NCBI GenBank assembly: GCA_002269645.1
Contig: NIVC01001708.1
Location: 62,001-126,000 of the forward strand
DNA length: 64,000 bases
Direction: 5' to 3'
Source of the DNA: Macrostomum lignano
Taxonomy: Eukaryota
Below are positions 11,969 to 22,981 of this stretch, piece by piece (position 1 is the first letter of the stretch; each line of letters starts with the position of its first letter). The position numbers were made by a program, and so were the translations under genes. The notes below the pieces were generated by a model that did not search any database, was not told where the DNA came from, and saw only the letters and a list, made by a program, of their open reading frames with translations.

Positions 11969-12875
11969 TGTAAGGTGGGTACCTCTTCTCGGGTTCTCAG
12001 AGATGTTCCTAGAAATTAGAACCCGCTGCTCCTGAAGAAGCTAGTTAGCACCGCAGTACTACCTATCGATTTGCCTGAAAATGAACCTATAAATGTTAGC
12101 CGTGACTTGGTAGGGTTGCTGCCACCTTGGTGTGCGGACTCGACGCGTCGGCAGAGTTGTCTATCCGTCACCTGAAATAAATAATGAAGTCGCTCAGAGC
12201 AAAGGCAAATCTGAAAAATGTCTCGACAGTCGATCGTCTTAGTTGAATGCTGCTTGAACCTGAAAACCTGAAAACCTGAAATGAGTGAGGAGAGCTTGGA
12301 GGCAGAGAGGTAGCTCCGGTCAAGCCCAGGCAGGACGACGCGATGCTCCACAATCTGGAGAAAAATGGCTCGCAGATGCTCCATATTTATAGCCAAGCGG
12401 ACCCCAAAAAGTCACATGAGTTTCATGCAGTGAGCGCGTGAAACTTCCTTATTTGGGCATTGGAATCATGCGAGCGACGCGTGATCCAAGGCCAACTTCC
12501 AAATAAGGCAACCCTGTCACGCAGCAGTGGCGTGACTCAAGGTCAGTGGCCATGCACAGAGTGCGTGCATAGTCACATGCTTAGTCTGTGCTAAAAATAG
12601 AACTTGGGCGGATGAGTCATCCTGTTTACTCCCTCTAGGCAGCCCTTACACTCCGCACAGGTGATGAGTCATCCTCAGCGCGAGTGGGAAGACATTGAGT
12701 GTGGCTGCCCGCGCCTGCTCAGGCGATGAGTCATCGGGCAGTAAACACTTAGGCCCAGCACAGGGTATCTCTCTCACTAGATCAGGTGGACTGAGCTACT
12801 GTGCAGCAGATGACAGCACTCCTAGGGAAAGCTAGTGAATGCTGCTGAATAGCCAGTTAGCAGCCAGTCACTACA
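11969..12875. mobile_element. Solo LTR (907 bp), Gypsy-like
   Basis: TG...CA ends; 4-bp TSD ctaa (11965-11968 and 12876-12879); absent at the equivalent site in copy 1 (~4440). Confidence 0.88.
12384..12733. promoter_or_regulatory. AP-1 x4, CArG x2 with overlapping ETS cores, and a minus-strand TATA inside the solo LTR
   Basis: TGACTCA at 12533; TGAGTCA at 12613, 12665 and 12727; CCTTATTTGG at 12447 and CCAAATAAGG at 12499, each preceded by ACTT(CC); TATAAATA on minus at 12391-12384. Confidence 0.55.
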
Positions 12876-13473
12876 CTAATTTAAGAATTTAAACTATCTA
12901 TTTAATATCAACTAAGTTCTTTTCTTTTTGCTGATATCATAGTAGTATTAGAATTATCTTTATATCTAGTTGCAAATTAGCTAACAATTCTTTAATATAA
13001 TATAAATGTAGGTGTAGCACACCAGTATCTAATCTTTGAATGTATACCTGTTGATATTTGGTAGTTAGATTAATATAAGTCAAATATTGATAATACATTG
13101 TTTATGTATGTATGGATTTTCTATCCCAAATTCTTAGTGCAATACTAAAAAAATTATTATGACACCTTAAAAATGTTCATGTTAGACTAACATTTTGAAT
13201 TTGTATCTTTATTGGTTAGAAAGCTCTTGATTAGTAATATTGCCTAGTTATCAAAGGGCAGGCTTGGATTCCAGTCTTACACAATCTAAAATTGATCCTT
13301 TTCAGTTTAATAATGTGTGATATATAAGTAAAGGTATAGTCATCCCAGCCACATTAACTCGAAATCCTAGGATTGTAGCTACAAGCTATAATATAGAGTA
13401 CTTTATCCTTGTCTAAACTGTGCTTTCATTGCAATTAAAAGTATTGTAATGCAATCATCCCAATCTTCTCCAG

Positions 13474-14042
13474 GCTTCCCCAGCCAAATCAGCCCGCCGT
13501 TTTGGCGGCGTAAAGTTGGCCTTGCCATTAAACTTCGCTGAGGCCATTGAGGCCGCCACTAGGGCCGCAAAACTGACTGACACTATTAGCCAGTCGCAGA
13601 GTCTGGCCGATGTTGCCGCATTTAGCGTCGATGGCGTCACAATGACGGCTCGAGCCACCGACTTTGACAGTCTGGACGAGCTCGGTAGCGGACGATTCGG
13701 CGTTGTCGACCGCGTGATTCACCGCGACTCTGGCTGCCTGTTTGCTCGGAAGCGAATCCGGCTGTCCTTTGATCAGCAGGAGCACGAGCTGCAGCAGCGC
13801 GAGATTAGCGTCCTCAAGCGCACTGTCGAGTGCCCGTTTGTTGTGTACTTTTATGGGGCAATGTTTCACGACGGCGACATACATATTCTGATGGAGCTGA
13901 TGGACGCCTCGCTTAGGCAGTTCTACTTGGCAGCGTACAGCTCGGCTGTGAACATGCCAATCACTAACCCCGTGCTGCAATACATTGCCTATTCGGTTCT
14001 GAAGGCTCTGAGTTACATACGCAGCATTGAGGTCATGCATAG
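13474..14042 (+). CDS. MAP2K6: MKK3/6-like MAP kinase kinase, exon 1 (docking site, N-lobe, to HR)
   Basis: Acceptor ttctccag|gct; D-domain-like RRFGGVKLALP; LGSGRFGVV, ARKRIR and RTVECPFVVYFYGAMFHDGDIHILMELMDASL match MKK3/6; donor catag|gt. Confidence 0.92.
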
Positions 14043-14280
14043 GTGCGCGTGAAAGTTCAATAAGCCGCTGTATGCTAGTTAGCTAGTTGTCTGTTAGATA
14101 GTTCAAAGGCGACAGTCAACCCAAAGCCAGTAAGGAGACCTGAACAGTTGTGCCAATTCCACCGATCCCTGAGCAAGAGCACGTACGCAGGCACACACTC
14201 ACAGGGTGTACAGTGGCCCTGACTTTCCAATCGTCGGGCATGTGCAGTCTCTGGGCTTTTAAGGCTGACCCATGTGGTTC

Positions 14281-14706
14281 CTGCCTTCAAAAGACCGAAA
14301 TTTCACACAACACCAAAAGACACCTGCCTTCACAAAACCGAATTTCACAACGCCGAAAGACACCTGCCTTCCCAAGACCGAAATTTCACACAACACCAAA
14401 AGACACCTGCCTTCACAAGACCGAAATTTCACACAACACCGAAAGACACCTGCCTTCACAAGACCAAATTTCACACAACACCGAAAGACACCTGCCTTCA
14501 CAAGACCGAAATTTCACACAACACCAAAAGACACCTGCCTTCACAAGACCGAAATTTCACACAACGCCGAAAGACACCTGCCTTCAAAAGACCAAATTTC
14601 ACAACGCCGAAAGACACCTGCCTTCACAAGACCGAAATTTCGCACAACACCAAAAGACACCTGCCTTCACAAAACCGAATTTCACAACGCCGAAAGACAC
14701 CTGCCT
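14281..14706. repeat. ~41-43-bp minisatellite in MAP2K intron 1
   Basis: Units of aaagacacctgccttcacaagaccgaaatttcacacaacacc; a perfect 25-bp inverted copy lies at 14742-14766. Confidence 0.95.
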
Positions 14707-14879
14707 TATGCATAGTCCTTGTTGTGTTAAGTTTTCTACAATGTGAAATTTCGGTCTTGTGAAGGCCCCCGTTTGCACCTAAGCTCCCCAACCAGAATCG
14801 ACCCTTAGATATTTAGCCGTTCCCACTGTTGAAGAAGTCTTACCAGTTAGACGGATTCGCAATGGCAACGCAATTCCAG

Positions 14880-15168
14880 AGACATCAAGCCCAGCAACAT
14901 GCTTATTAATCGGTCTGGCCAAGTGAAACTCTGCGACTTTGGCGTTGCTGGCATTCTTAAAAATAGCATCGCCAAGTCAAACGTTGGCTGCCAACTGTAC
15001 GTTGCCCCGGAGAGAGTTTCTATCTCCATGGCAACCGAAGGAGGCCTTGGTGCCGGCGATGAGCCCGGCTTCACCACCGCCTCGGACGTGTGGTCTCTGG
15101 GCATCAGCTTGCTGGAGCTGGCGTCCGGCGCCCATCCCTACGGCTCGTGGAAGAATCCGTTTCATCAG
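14880..15168 (+). CDS. MAP2K6: MKK3/6-like MAP2K, exon 2 (catalytic and activation loops)
   Basis: ttccag|a gac completes HRDIKPSN; DFG, SIAKS, YVAPER, SDVWSLGISLLELASG; donor catcag|gtag. Confidence 0.93.
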
Positions 15169-15191
15169 GTAGCTTGCTTAGTTTGCTTGTG

Positions 15192-16317
15192 ACTGATGAG
15201 CGGTATGACACCCACTGATGAGCATTGAGCAGTATGACACCCACTGATGAGCAGTATGACACCCACTGATGAGCATTGAGCAGTATGACACCCACTGATG
15301 AGCAGTATGACACCCACTGATGAGCATTGAGCAGTATGACACCCACTGATGAGCAGTATGACACCCACTGATGAGCATTGAGCAGTATGACACCCACTGA
15401 TGAGCAGTATGACACCCACTGATGAGCATTGAGCAGTATGACACCCACTGATGAGCAGTATGACACCCACTGATGAGCATTGAGCAGTATGACACCCACT
15501 GATGAGCAGTATGACACCCACTGATGAGCATTGAGCAGTATGACACCCACTGATGAGCAGTATGACACCCACTGATGAGCAGTATGACACCCACTGATGA
15601 GCATTGAGCAGTATGACACCCACTGATGAGCAGTATGACACCCACTGATGAGCATTGAGCAGTATGACACCCACTGATGAGCAGTATGACACCCACTGAT
15701 GAGCATTGAGCAGTATGACACCCACTGATGAGCAGTATGACACCCACTGATGAGCATTGAGCAGTATGACACCCACTGATGAGCAGTATGACACCCACTG
15801 ATGAGCAGTATGACACCCACTGATGAGCATTGAGCAGTATGACACCCACTGATGAGCAGTATGACACCCACTGATGAGCAGAGCAGTATGACACCCACTG
15901 ATGAGCATTATGACACCCACTGATGAACCAGTATGACACCCACTGATGAACCAGTATGACACCCACTGATGAACCAGTATGACACCCACTGATGAACCAG
16001 TATGACACCCACTGATAAACCAGTATGACACCCACTGATGAGCAGTATGACACCCACTGATGAGCAGAGCAGTATGACACCCACTGATGAGCAGAGCATT
16101 ATGACACCCACTGATGAACCAGTATGACACCCACTGATGAGCAGTATGACACCCACTGATGAACCAGTATGACACCCACTGATGAACCAGTATGACACCC
16201 ACTGATGAACCAGTATGACACCCACTGATGAACCAGTATGACACCCACTGATGAACCAGTATGACACCAACTGATGAACCAGTATGACACCAACTGATGA
16301 ACCAGTATGACACCCAC
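15192..16317. repeat. ~22-29-bp minisatellite in MAP2K intron 2
   Basis: Units gacacccactgatgagcagtat with attgagc/aacc variants. Confidence 0.97.
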
Positions 16318-16397
16318 GGAGGAAGCTGCATACGCTACTAACTGTGAGATCAGTCGGCAGGCATTCGCTAACTCTACCGCCCCCTTCCACTGCGCAG

Positions 16398-16673
16398 GTG
16401 CAGCACCTGACCGAAGACCCGCCACCGTCGCTTTCGGCCGAGGCCGCAGCCGGCCGGTTCCCACAGGAGCTGAACGACTTTTTATCCTGCTGTTTGGCCA
16501 AGAAGGCGAAGGATCGTTGGCGACTTCCCCAGTTACTGGAGCACCCCTATGTAGGCGGGGTGGTTGCTATGGAAACCGAACTGCGAGACCGCACAGGTCA
16601 GTTTGTTTGCAGCGTGCTCGACCGGTGCGATAGCAGCAGTCTGGCGGCGGTTGGCGTCACAGTTAAAGAATGA
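16398..16673 (+). CDS. MAP2K6: MKK3/6-like MAP2K, exon 3 (C-lobe, to stop)
   Basis: tgcgcag|gtg cag; VQHLTEDPPP...DFLSCCLAKKAKDRWRLPQLLEHPYV...VKE*. Confidence 0.92.
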   Translation: MQHLTEDPPPSLSAEAAAGRFPQELNDFLSCCLAKKAKDRWRLPQLLEHPYVGGVVAMETELRDRTGQFVCSVLDRCDSSSLAAVGVTVKE

Positions 16674-17198
16674 ATGATGCTATTTGATATTTGCCATGCT
16701 GACTGACTGCGAATTTCGAGCTCAATAATCTGCCATTTTGTTTTAAAACCTGTTTTTTAGTTTATTTTTTATATTCTAGATCTTTGAATAATCACCCAGT
16801 AACTATACTTCTTCTCTCGTATCGAAGTCCTTTATGTACTCTTTTTTAACTTTTGCCATGTCCTGTTTTTCTGCCATTGTGACGACGTTATACTATTCCA
16901 GTGAACATTTTTGCTGAATAATTTTCTGCAGTATTGGAGTAAAATTACGCTTTTACAGTGTGTCATTAGTAAGGTTGTTCCAATTTTAAAAGAAAACAAA
17001 TTAACATTTCGAACAGTAATCAATATTCTCACCATTGGTTCTCAATTGTGTTTTTTCTATTGCCAAAGATTGAAGCCTTCATTAGCTCTAACATGATCCG
17101 TTTTACTTTTTAGATTGCCGCTTTAATAGTATGCCATTGTACTGTTATCAAACTGCTATCCGATTTTGTTGTTTATAGCTTTGATAATTTAAAGTGTG

Positions 17199-17211
17199 GA
17201 TAGATAGATAA

Positions 17212-17271
<60 letters not shown>

Positions 17272-17272
17272 G

Positions 17273-17355
<83 letters not shown>

Positions 17356-17386
17356 GTAGATAGATGATAGATGATAGGTAGATAGG

Positions 17387-17431
<45 letters not shown>

Positions 17432-17459
17432 GATAGATAGATAGATAGATAGATAGATG

Positions 17460-17554
<95 letters not shown>

Positions 17555-17575
17555 GGATAGATAGATAGATAGATG

Positions 17576-17640
<65 letters not shown>

Positions 17641-17641
17641 G

Positions 17642-17734
<93 letters not shown>

Positions 17735-17761
17735 GGATAGATAGATAGATAGGTAGATAGG

Positions 17762-17792
<31 letters not shown>

Positions 17793-17845
17793 GTAGATAG
17801 ATAGATAGATGGATAGATAGATAGATAGATAGATAGGTAGATAGG

Positions 17846-17876
<31 letters not shown>

Positions 17877-17908
17877 GTAGATAGATAGATAGATGGATAG
17901 AGATAGAT
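17199..17908. repeat. (GATA)n microsatellite
   Basis: Visible tandem repeat, about twice the length of its copy-1 counterpart. Confidence 0.98.
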
Positions 17909-18074
17909 CAACTAATAGGTAGATAAGCAGCTAAATTACTAGCGAGAGACTACCGAGTGGTTCATTGTTATCTATTTGATAAATTCCTTTAAAAATCACT
18001 CAACGCCCGTTGTTCTCCCCAGCTCCATTTGTACTCCAGTTGCTCAAATTACTTATAAATGAATTCCAGCCGTC

Positions 18075-18230
18075 ATGCCGTCCCACAAGACGTTCCGCAT
18101 GAAGATGAAGCTGGCCCGCAAGCAGAAGGTGAACAGGCCTGTGCCGCAGTGGGTCCGCATGCGCACAGGAAACACGGTCAGGTACAACGCGAAAAGGCGT
18201 CACTGGCGCCGCACCAAGCTGAGGTTGTAA
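18075..18230 (+). CDS. RPL39: 60S ribosomal protein L39
   Basis: [51 protein letters not shown] (51 aa, below the ORF-track cutoff); acceptor-like ttccag 5 nt before the ATG. Confidence 0.97.
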   Translation: MPSHKTFRMKMKLARKQKVNRPVPQWVRMRTGNTVRYNAKRRHWRRTKLRL

Positions 18231-18520
18231 GAAGGCAGCTGCCGGTCGAGCAGACTAAGTCTGTCCGCTTCTATCGAATCGGGAGAGAATTGTCTGTTTG
18301 AACTTTTTTTCAGTTTTGCATTGAGCTGGTTGTGAGACCTCGCTGTGAGAAAGTAAACGATTTGAAGAGTGCGTACCTGAGAATAGCGCGCGATTAGCTG
18401 TTTGTTGGAAAGAATCATGTCTTGTCCGCGTTTTTTATTTTCATGTACTGTAGTTTTCTGCTATAGAATTTGACCATAGCTGCATACTACTTGTTTCAGA
18501 ACTTATTCAGTAGTTAAAAT

Positions 18521-18650
18521 AGGGTTTGTAGCCTGCTGGTTTGAGCTTCGGACTTAACGACTAAAAGGTCAAGCGTTCAATTCTCGACCCACTGGAACTA
18601 GTAGTGTCCTTGAGCAAAGACACTTCACCCAGCATTAGCTGGGGTACGAG
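18521..18650 (+). mobile_element. Degenerate tRNA-derived CORE-type SINE
   Basis: Degenerate A/B boxes followed by gtgtccttgagcaaagacactt and cagcattagctggggta, shared with the SINE at 33925-34229. Confidence 0.6.
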
Positions 18651-18910
18651 CTACCCATGAGGTACCTCTGTGTCTGACTGTCGAGACACAGTGCCCAAAT
18701 CTGCTGTACACCCTATGTGAGCGTGTGCCTGCATACTTATCCGTTCTCAGGGTCAGCGGAATGAGCTGCTTGTCTCCTCTCCTTCTCGTCCCTTATTTAG
18801 AATGCGCATCAGAGACTGGTAAAAGTAGCTTATAAGCCAAACTTAATTTATTGCATGTCTGTCGCAATGCTCAGCTCAAGGGAACAAGAACTAGGGAACA
18901 TCTAATATAA

Positions 18911-19335
18911 ATGAGCGAGCGAGACGTGCTGCTGAATGGCGGCGTCAGCCCTGCCGCGCCGCCTGTTCGAGAAGGCGAGCTGTTCTGTGAGGAGGGCCAC
19001 GACTCCGCGCTGCCCTGGTGGCGGGCCAATTTCCTGCTTCGATTCGGCGAATCAGTGAAATTCGGCACCTGGGACGGTGTGTTCACCACCTGCCTGTTGA
19101 ACACGGTCGGCATGGTGGTGTTTCTGCGCACCGGCTGGGTTGTTGGCAATGCCGGCCTGCTTCTGGGCTTGCTGGTCATCCTCATACCCGTGTCCGTGGC
19201 CCTGTTCTCCGTGCTCAGCGTTATTGGCGTGCTGGAGCGCTGCGGCGCCGAGGCCTGCGGAGTCTATCCGCTGCTGGGCGCGTGCTGGGCGGCCGGCGGG
19301 CTGCGGCTATCGGCCTGATGTACTGCCTGGCTCAG
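18911..19335 (+). CDS. SLC12A8: SLC12A8-like cation-chloride cotransporter, exon 1 (1-nt frameshift near 19277)
   Basis: FGTWDGVFTTC, FLRTGWVVGNAG; the expected RVLGG...IGLMYCLAQ continues in another frame; exon is 425 nt (1 short); donor cag|gtgag. Confidence 0.9.
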
Positions 19336-19511
19336 GTGAGATGGGTTGATTGATTTATTGATTCATAGGCAGCTAGATAAATAGATAAGGCAGGGTAGAT
19401 AGACAGATAGGTAGATAGATTATTTGACACATAGGATTGATACTGTTTGTTCGTATTTTAATTGTTTGATAGGATTAAGAGATTAGTACGAGTAGATTGA
19501 TTGGGGAGTAT

Positions 19512-21573
19512 GAAGTTTGCTTGCAGGAATTTTGCTTGCCGAAGTTTGCTTGCCGAAGTTTGCTTGCAGGAATTTTGCTTGCCGAAGTCTGCTTGCCAAA
19601 GTTTGCTTGCAGGAATTTTGCTTGCCGAAGTCTGCTTGCCGAAGTCTGCTTGCCGAAGTTTGCTTGCAGGAATTTTGCTTGCCGAAGTCTGCTTGCCAAA
19701 GTTTGCTTGCAGGAATTTTGCTTGCCGAAGTCTGCTTGCCAAAGTTTGCTTGCAGGAATTTTGCTTGCAGGAATTTTGCTTGCAGGAATTTTGCTTGCAG
19801 GAATTTTGCTTGCCGAAGTCTGCTTGCCGAAGTTTGCTTGCAGGAATTTTGCTTGCCGAAGTCTGCTTGCCGAAGTCTGTTTGCCGAAGTCTGCTTGCCG
19901 AAGTTTGCTTGCCGAAGTTTGCTTGCAGGAATTTTGCTTGCCGAAGTCTGCTTGCCGAAGTCTGTTTGCCGAAGTCTGCTTGCCGAAGTTTGCTTGCCGA
20001 AGTCTGCTTGCCGAAGTTTGCTTGCAGGAATTTTGCTTGCAGGAATTTTGCTTGCCGAAGTTTGCTTGCCGAAGTTTGCTTGCAGGAATTTTGCTTGCCG
20101 AAGTCTGCTTGCCGAAGTCTGCTTGCCGAAGTCTGCTTGCCGAAGTTTGCTTGCCGAAGTTTGCTTGCAGGAATTTTGCTTGCCGAAGTCTGCTTGCCGA
20201 AGTCTGCTTGCCGAAGTCTGCTTGCCGAAGTTTGCTTGCCGAAGTTTGCTTGCAGGAATTTTGCTTGCCGAAGTCTGCTTGCCAAAGTTTGCTTGCAGGA
20301 ATTTTGCTTGCCGAAGTCTGCTTGCAAAAGTTTGCTTGCAGGAATTTTGCTTGCCGAAGTCTGTTTGCCGAAGTCTGCTTGCCGAAGTTTGCTTGCCGAA
20401 GTCTGCTTGCCGAAGTTTGCTTGCAGGAATTTTGCTTGCAGGAATTTTGCTTGCCGAAGTTTGCTTGCAGGAATTTTGCTTGCCGAAGTCTGCTTGCCGA
20501 AGTCTGTTTGCCGAAGTCTGCTTGCCGAAGTCTGCTTGCAGGAATTTTGCTTGCAGGAATTTTGCTTGCCGAAGTTTGCTTGCCAAAGTTTGCTTGCAGG
20601 AATTTTGCTTGCCGAAGTCTGCTTGCCGAAGTCTGTTTGCCGAAGTCTGCTTGCCGAAGTCTGCTTGCCGAAGTTTGCTTGCCGAAGTTTGCTTGCAGGA
20701 ATTTTGCTTGCCGAAGTCTGCTTGCCGAAGTCTGCTTGCCGAAGTTTGCTTGCCGAAGTTTGCTTGCAGGAATTTTGCTTGCCGAAGTCTGCTTGCCAAA
20801 GTTTGCTTGCAGGAATTTTGCTTGCCGAAGTCTGCTTGCCAAAGTTTGCTTGCAGGAATTTTGCTTGCCGAAGTCTGCTTGCCAAAGTTTGCTTGCAGGA
20901 ATTTTGCTTGCCGAAGTCTGCTTGCCAAAGTCTGCTTGCCGAAGTTTGCTTGCCGAAGTCTGTTTGCCGAAGTCTGTTTGCCGAAGTCTGCTTGCCGAAG
21001 TCTGCTTGCCGAAGTTTGCTTGCCGAAGTCTGTTTGCCGAAGTCTGTTTGCCGAAGTCTGCTTGCCGAAGTCTGCTTGCCGAAGTTTGCTTGCCGAAGTC
21101 TGCTTGCCGAAGTCTGTTTGCCGAAGTCTGCTTGCCGAAGTCTGCTTGCCGAAGTTTGCTTGCCGAAGTTTGCTTGCAGGAATTTTGCTTGCCGAAGTCT
21201 GCTTGCCGAAGTCTGCTTGCCGAAGTTTGCTTGCAGGAATTTTGCTTGCCGAAGTCTGCTTGCCGAAGTCTGCTTGCCGAAGTCTGCTTGCCAAAGTTTG
21301 CTTGCAGGAATTTTGCTTGCCGAAGTCTGCTTGCCAAAGTTTGCTTGCAGGAATTTTGCTTGCCGAAGTCTGCTTGCCAAAGTTTGCTTGCAGGAATTTT
21401 GCTTGCCGAAGTCTGCTTGCCAAAGTTTGCTTGCAGGAATTTTGCTTGCCGAAGTCTGCTTGCCAAAGTTTGCTTGCAGGAATTTTGCTTGCCGAAGGCT
21501 GCTTGCCAAAGTTTGCTTGCAGGAATTTTGCTTGCCGAAGTCTGCTTGCCGAAGTTTGCTTGCAGGAATTTTG
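19512..21573. repeat. 2-kb compound satellite (gcttgccgaagt[c/t]t / gcttgcaggaatttt) in SLC12A8 intron 1
   Basis: Visible tandem units of 14-15 bp; stop-free in all six frames. Confidence 0.98.
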
Positions 21574-21817
21574 ATGTCTTCTTGCTTGCTTGCTTTAATT
21601 GCTTGTGAAGTTGGAAGTTGATTGCTTGTGAGTAAAAAACTAAATTATTCCATTTCTGCGTTAGGGCTTTTCAAATCCGCCATATTCTCATACAAAGTCA
21701 TAACACTATAGGCGACTTCCACAAATCTTAGAAAATGATTTTTGTACAATGGATGAAAATTAGAAATACAAGAGCTTAAAAATAGGTTCTTTAAGGTTCC
21801 GCAAGAAAACTGTGGCT

Positions 21818-21953
21818 GGCAAACCTCGGCAAGCAAAATTTCTGCAAGCAGACTTCGGCAAGCTTATGTGCAGCAAGCAAATTTCCTGCAAGCAAAATTC
21901 GGAAAGCAAAATTCCGCAAGCAAAATTCCGCAAGCAAACTTCTCGCAAGCAGA
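21818..21953 (-). repeat. Degenerate inverted copy of the intron-1 satellite
   Basis: ggcaagcaaaatttctgcaagcagacttcggcaagc is the reverse complement of the array units. Confidence 0.85.
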
Positions 21954-22144
21954 TTTGATAGACCTCTTTGGACAAATGCGCTTTGCGAATGGCCCGGTTG
22001 CTCAATGCTGAGATTGTGGAAATCACCATTAGTCCTACAAATCGGCCCTTTTCCGGCCTCGCAAGAAGTGGAATAAATAGAATGAATCATTCAGTCCACA
22101 AGCGTGCTGTCCACTAATGAAAAGTACACTCTGCACTTTCGCAG

Positions 22145-22867
22145 ACCATCGGTGCCTCTCTGAACGCCGTCGGCTTGGGCGAATCGGCCGCCTCTCTGCT
22201 CCCGCTGGCGCCGTCGTCAACGTCGGCAGCCTGGGCAGCCCGCGGATTCGCCGTCGCCGTCACTGTCGGCCTGGTCGGCGTCAACGCGGCCGGGGTGAAG
22301 TGGGTTGTCCGACTGCAGCTGGCCCTGCTGGCAGTGCTGCTGGCCGCTGTGCTGGACTTCCTGCTCGGCTCCTTCGCTAATTGGCGCCATCCAGTCGGCT
22401 TTGCGGGCTACTCAGCTGGCGTCCTTAGTAACAACACTTTTCCACCTAGCAACCATGGGTACCACGTCGACAATGACTCCGTTAATGGTTTCTTCACTGT
22501 GCTTGGCGTATTCTTTCCAACTATAACTGGCGTCATGTCCGGCGTTAATATGTGCGCAGATCTGCGCGATCCGAAGCGCAACATACCGCTCGGCAGCCTG
22601 TGCGCTATCGGCGCCAGCTGCCTGCTGTACCTCACCTTCGCCATGGTGCTGGGCGCCACCTGCTACCGTCAGGCTCTGCTAACAGACTACGCCATCGCTC
22701 AGAAGGTATCCCTGCTTGGCCCGCTATTCCTGTGCGGCCTCTACGTTAGCGCGCTTAGCGCCGCTCTCGGTGGCATGTCCGGCGCCTGTAGAATTTTGTC
22801 GGCAATAGCCGCTGATACGAAATTGGCTTTCATGGAACCCCTGGCTGTTCGCAAGTTCTCTGTGCAG
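22145..22867 (+). CDS. SLC12A8: SLC12A8-like, exon 2
   Basis: ttcgcag|acc; AGVKWVVRLQL, FFTVLGVFFPTITGVMSGVNMCADLRDP, AQKVSLLGPLFLCGLY; donor gtgcag|gttt; 723 nt, phase 0-0. Confidence 0.93.
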
Positions 22868-22981
22868 GTTTGTGTTGGGCTTGATCTGCTCCACTATTTG
22901 TTTGCTGTTTGCTTCTTGAACCGATTTATATTCTTTATCCACTCGATTTACTGACCAAGGGGACCCGGTTTCTTTCCTGAC

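Larger units (their letters stand above)
7096..18030. repeat. Tandem segmental duplication, copy 2
   Basis: Same order of small gene, MITE, AT-rich block, MAP2K and (GATA)n. Longer because of a solo LTR, the undeleted kinase and longer repeats. The left boundary at 7096 is inferred from where copy 1 stops matching. Confidence 0.9.

Noticed and set aside
15104-16331. Long ORFs over the MAP2K intron-2 repeat, and CTGATGA (hammerhead core) in each unit
   Set aside because: Repeat translations; no GAAA or stem II/III partner, so not a hammerhead ribozyme.
19458-21621. Six 650-700 aa ORFs
   Set aside because: All six frames are open only because the satellite lacks stop codons; it lies within SLC12A8 intron 1.
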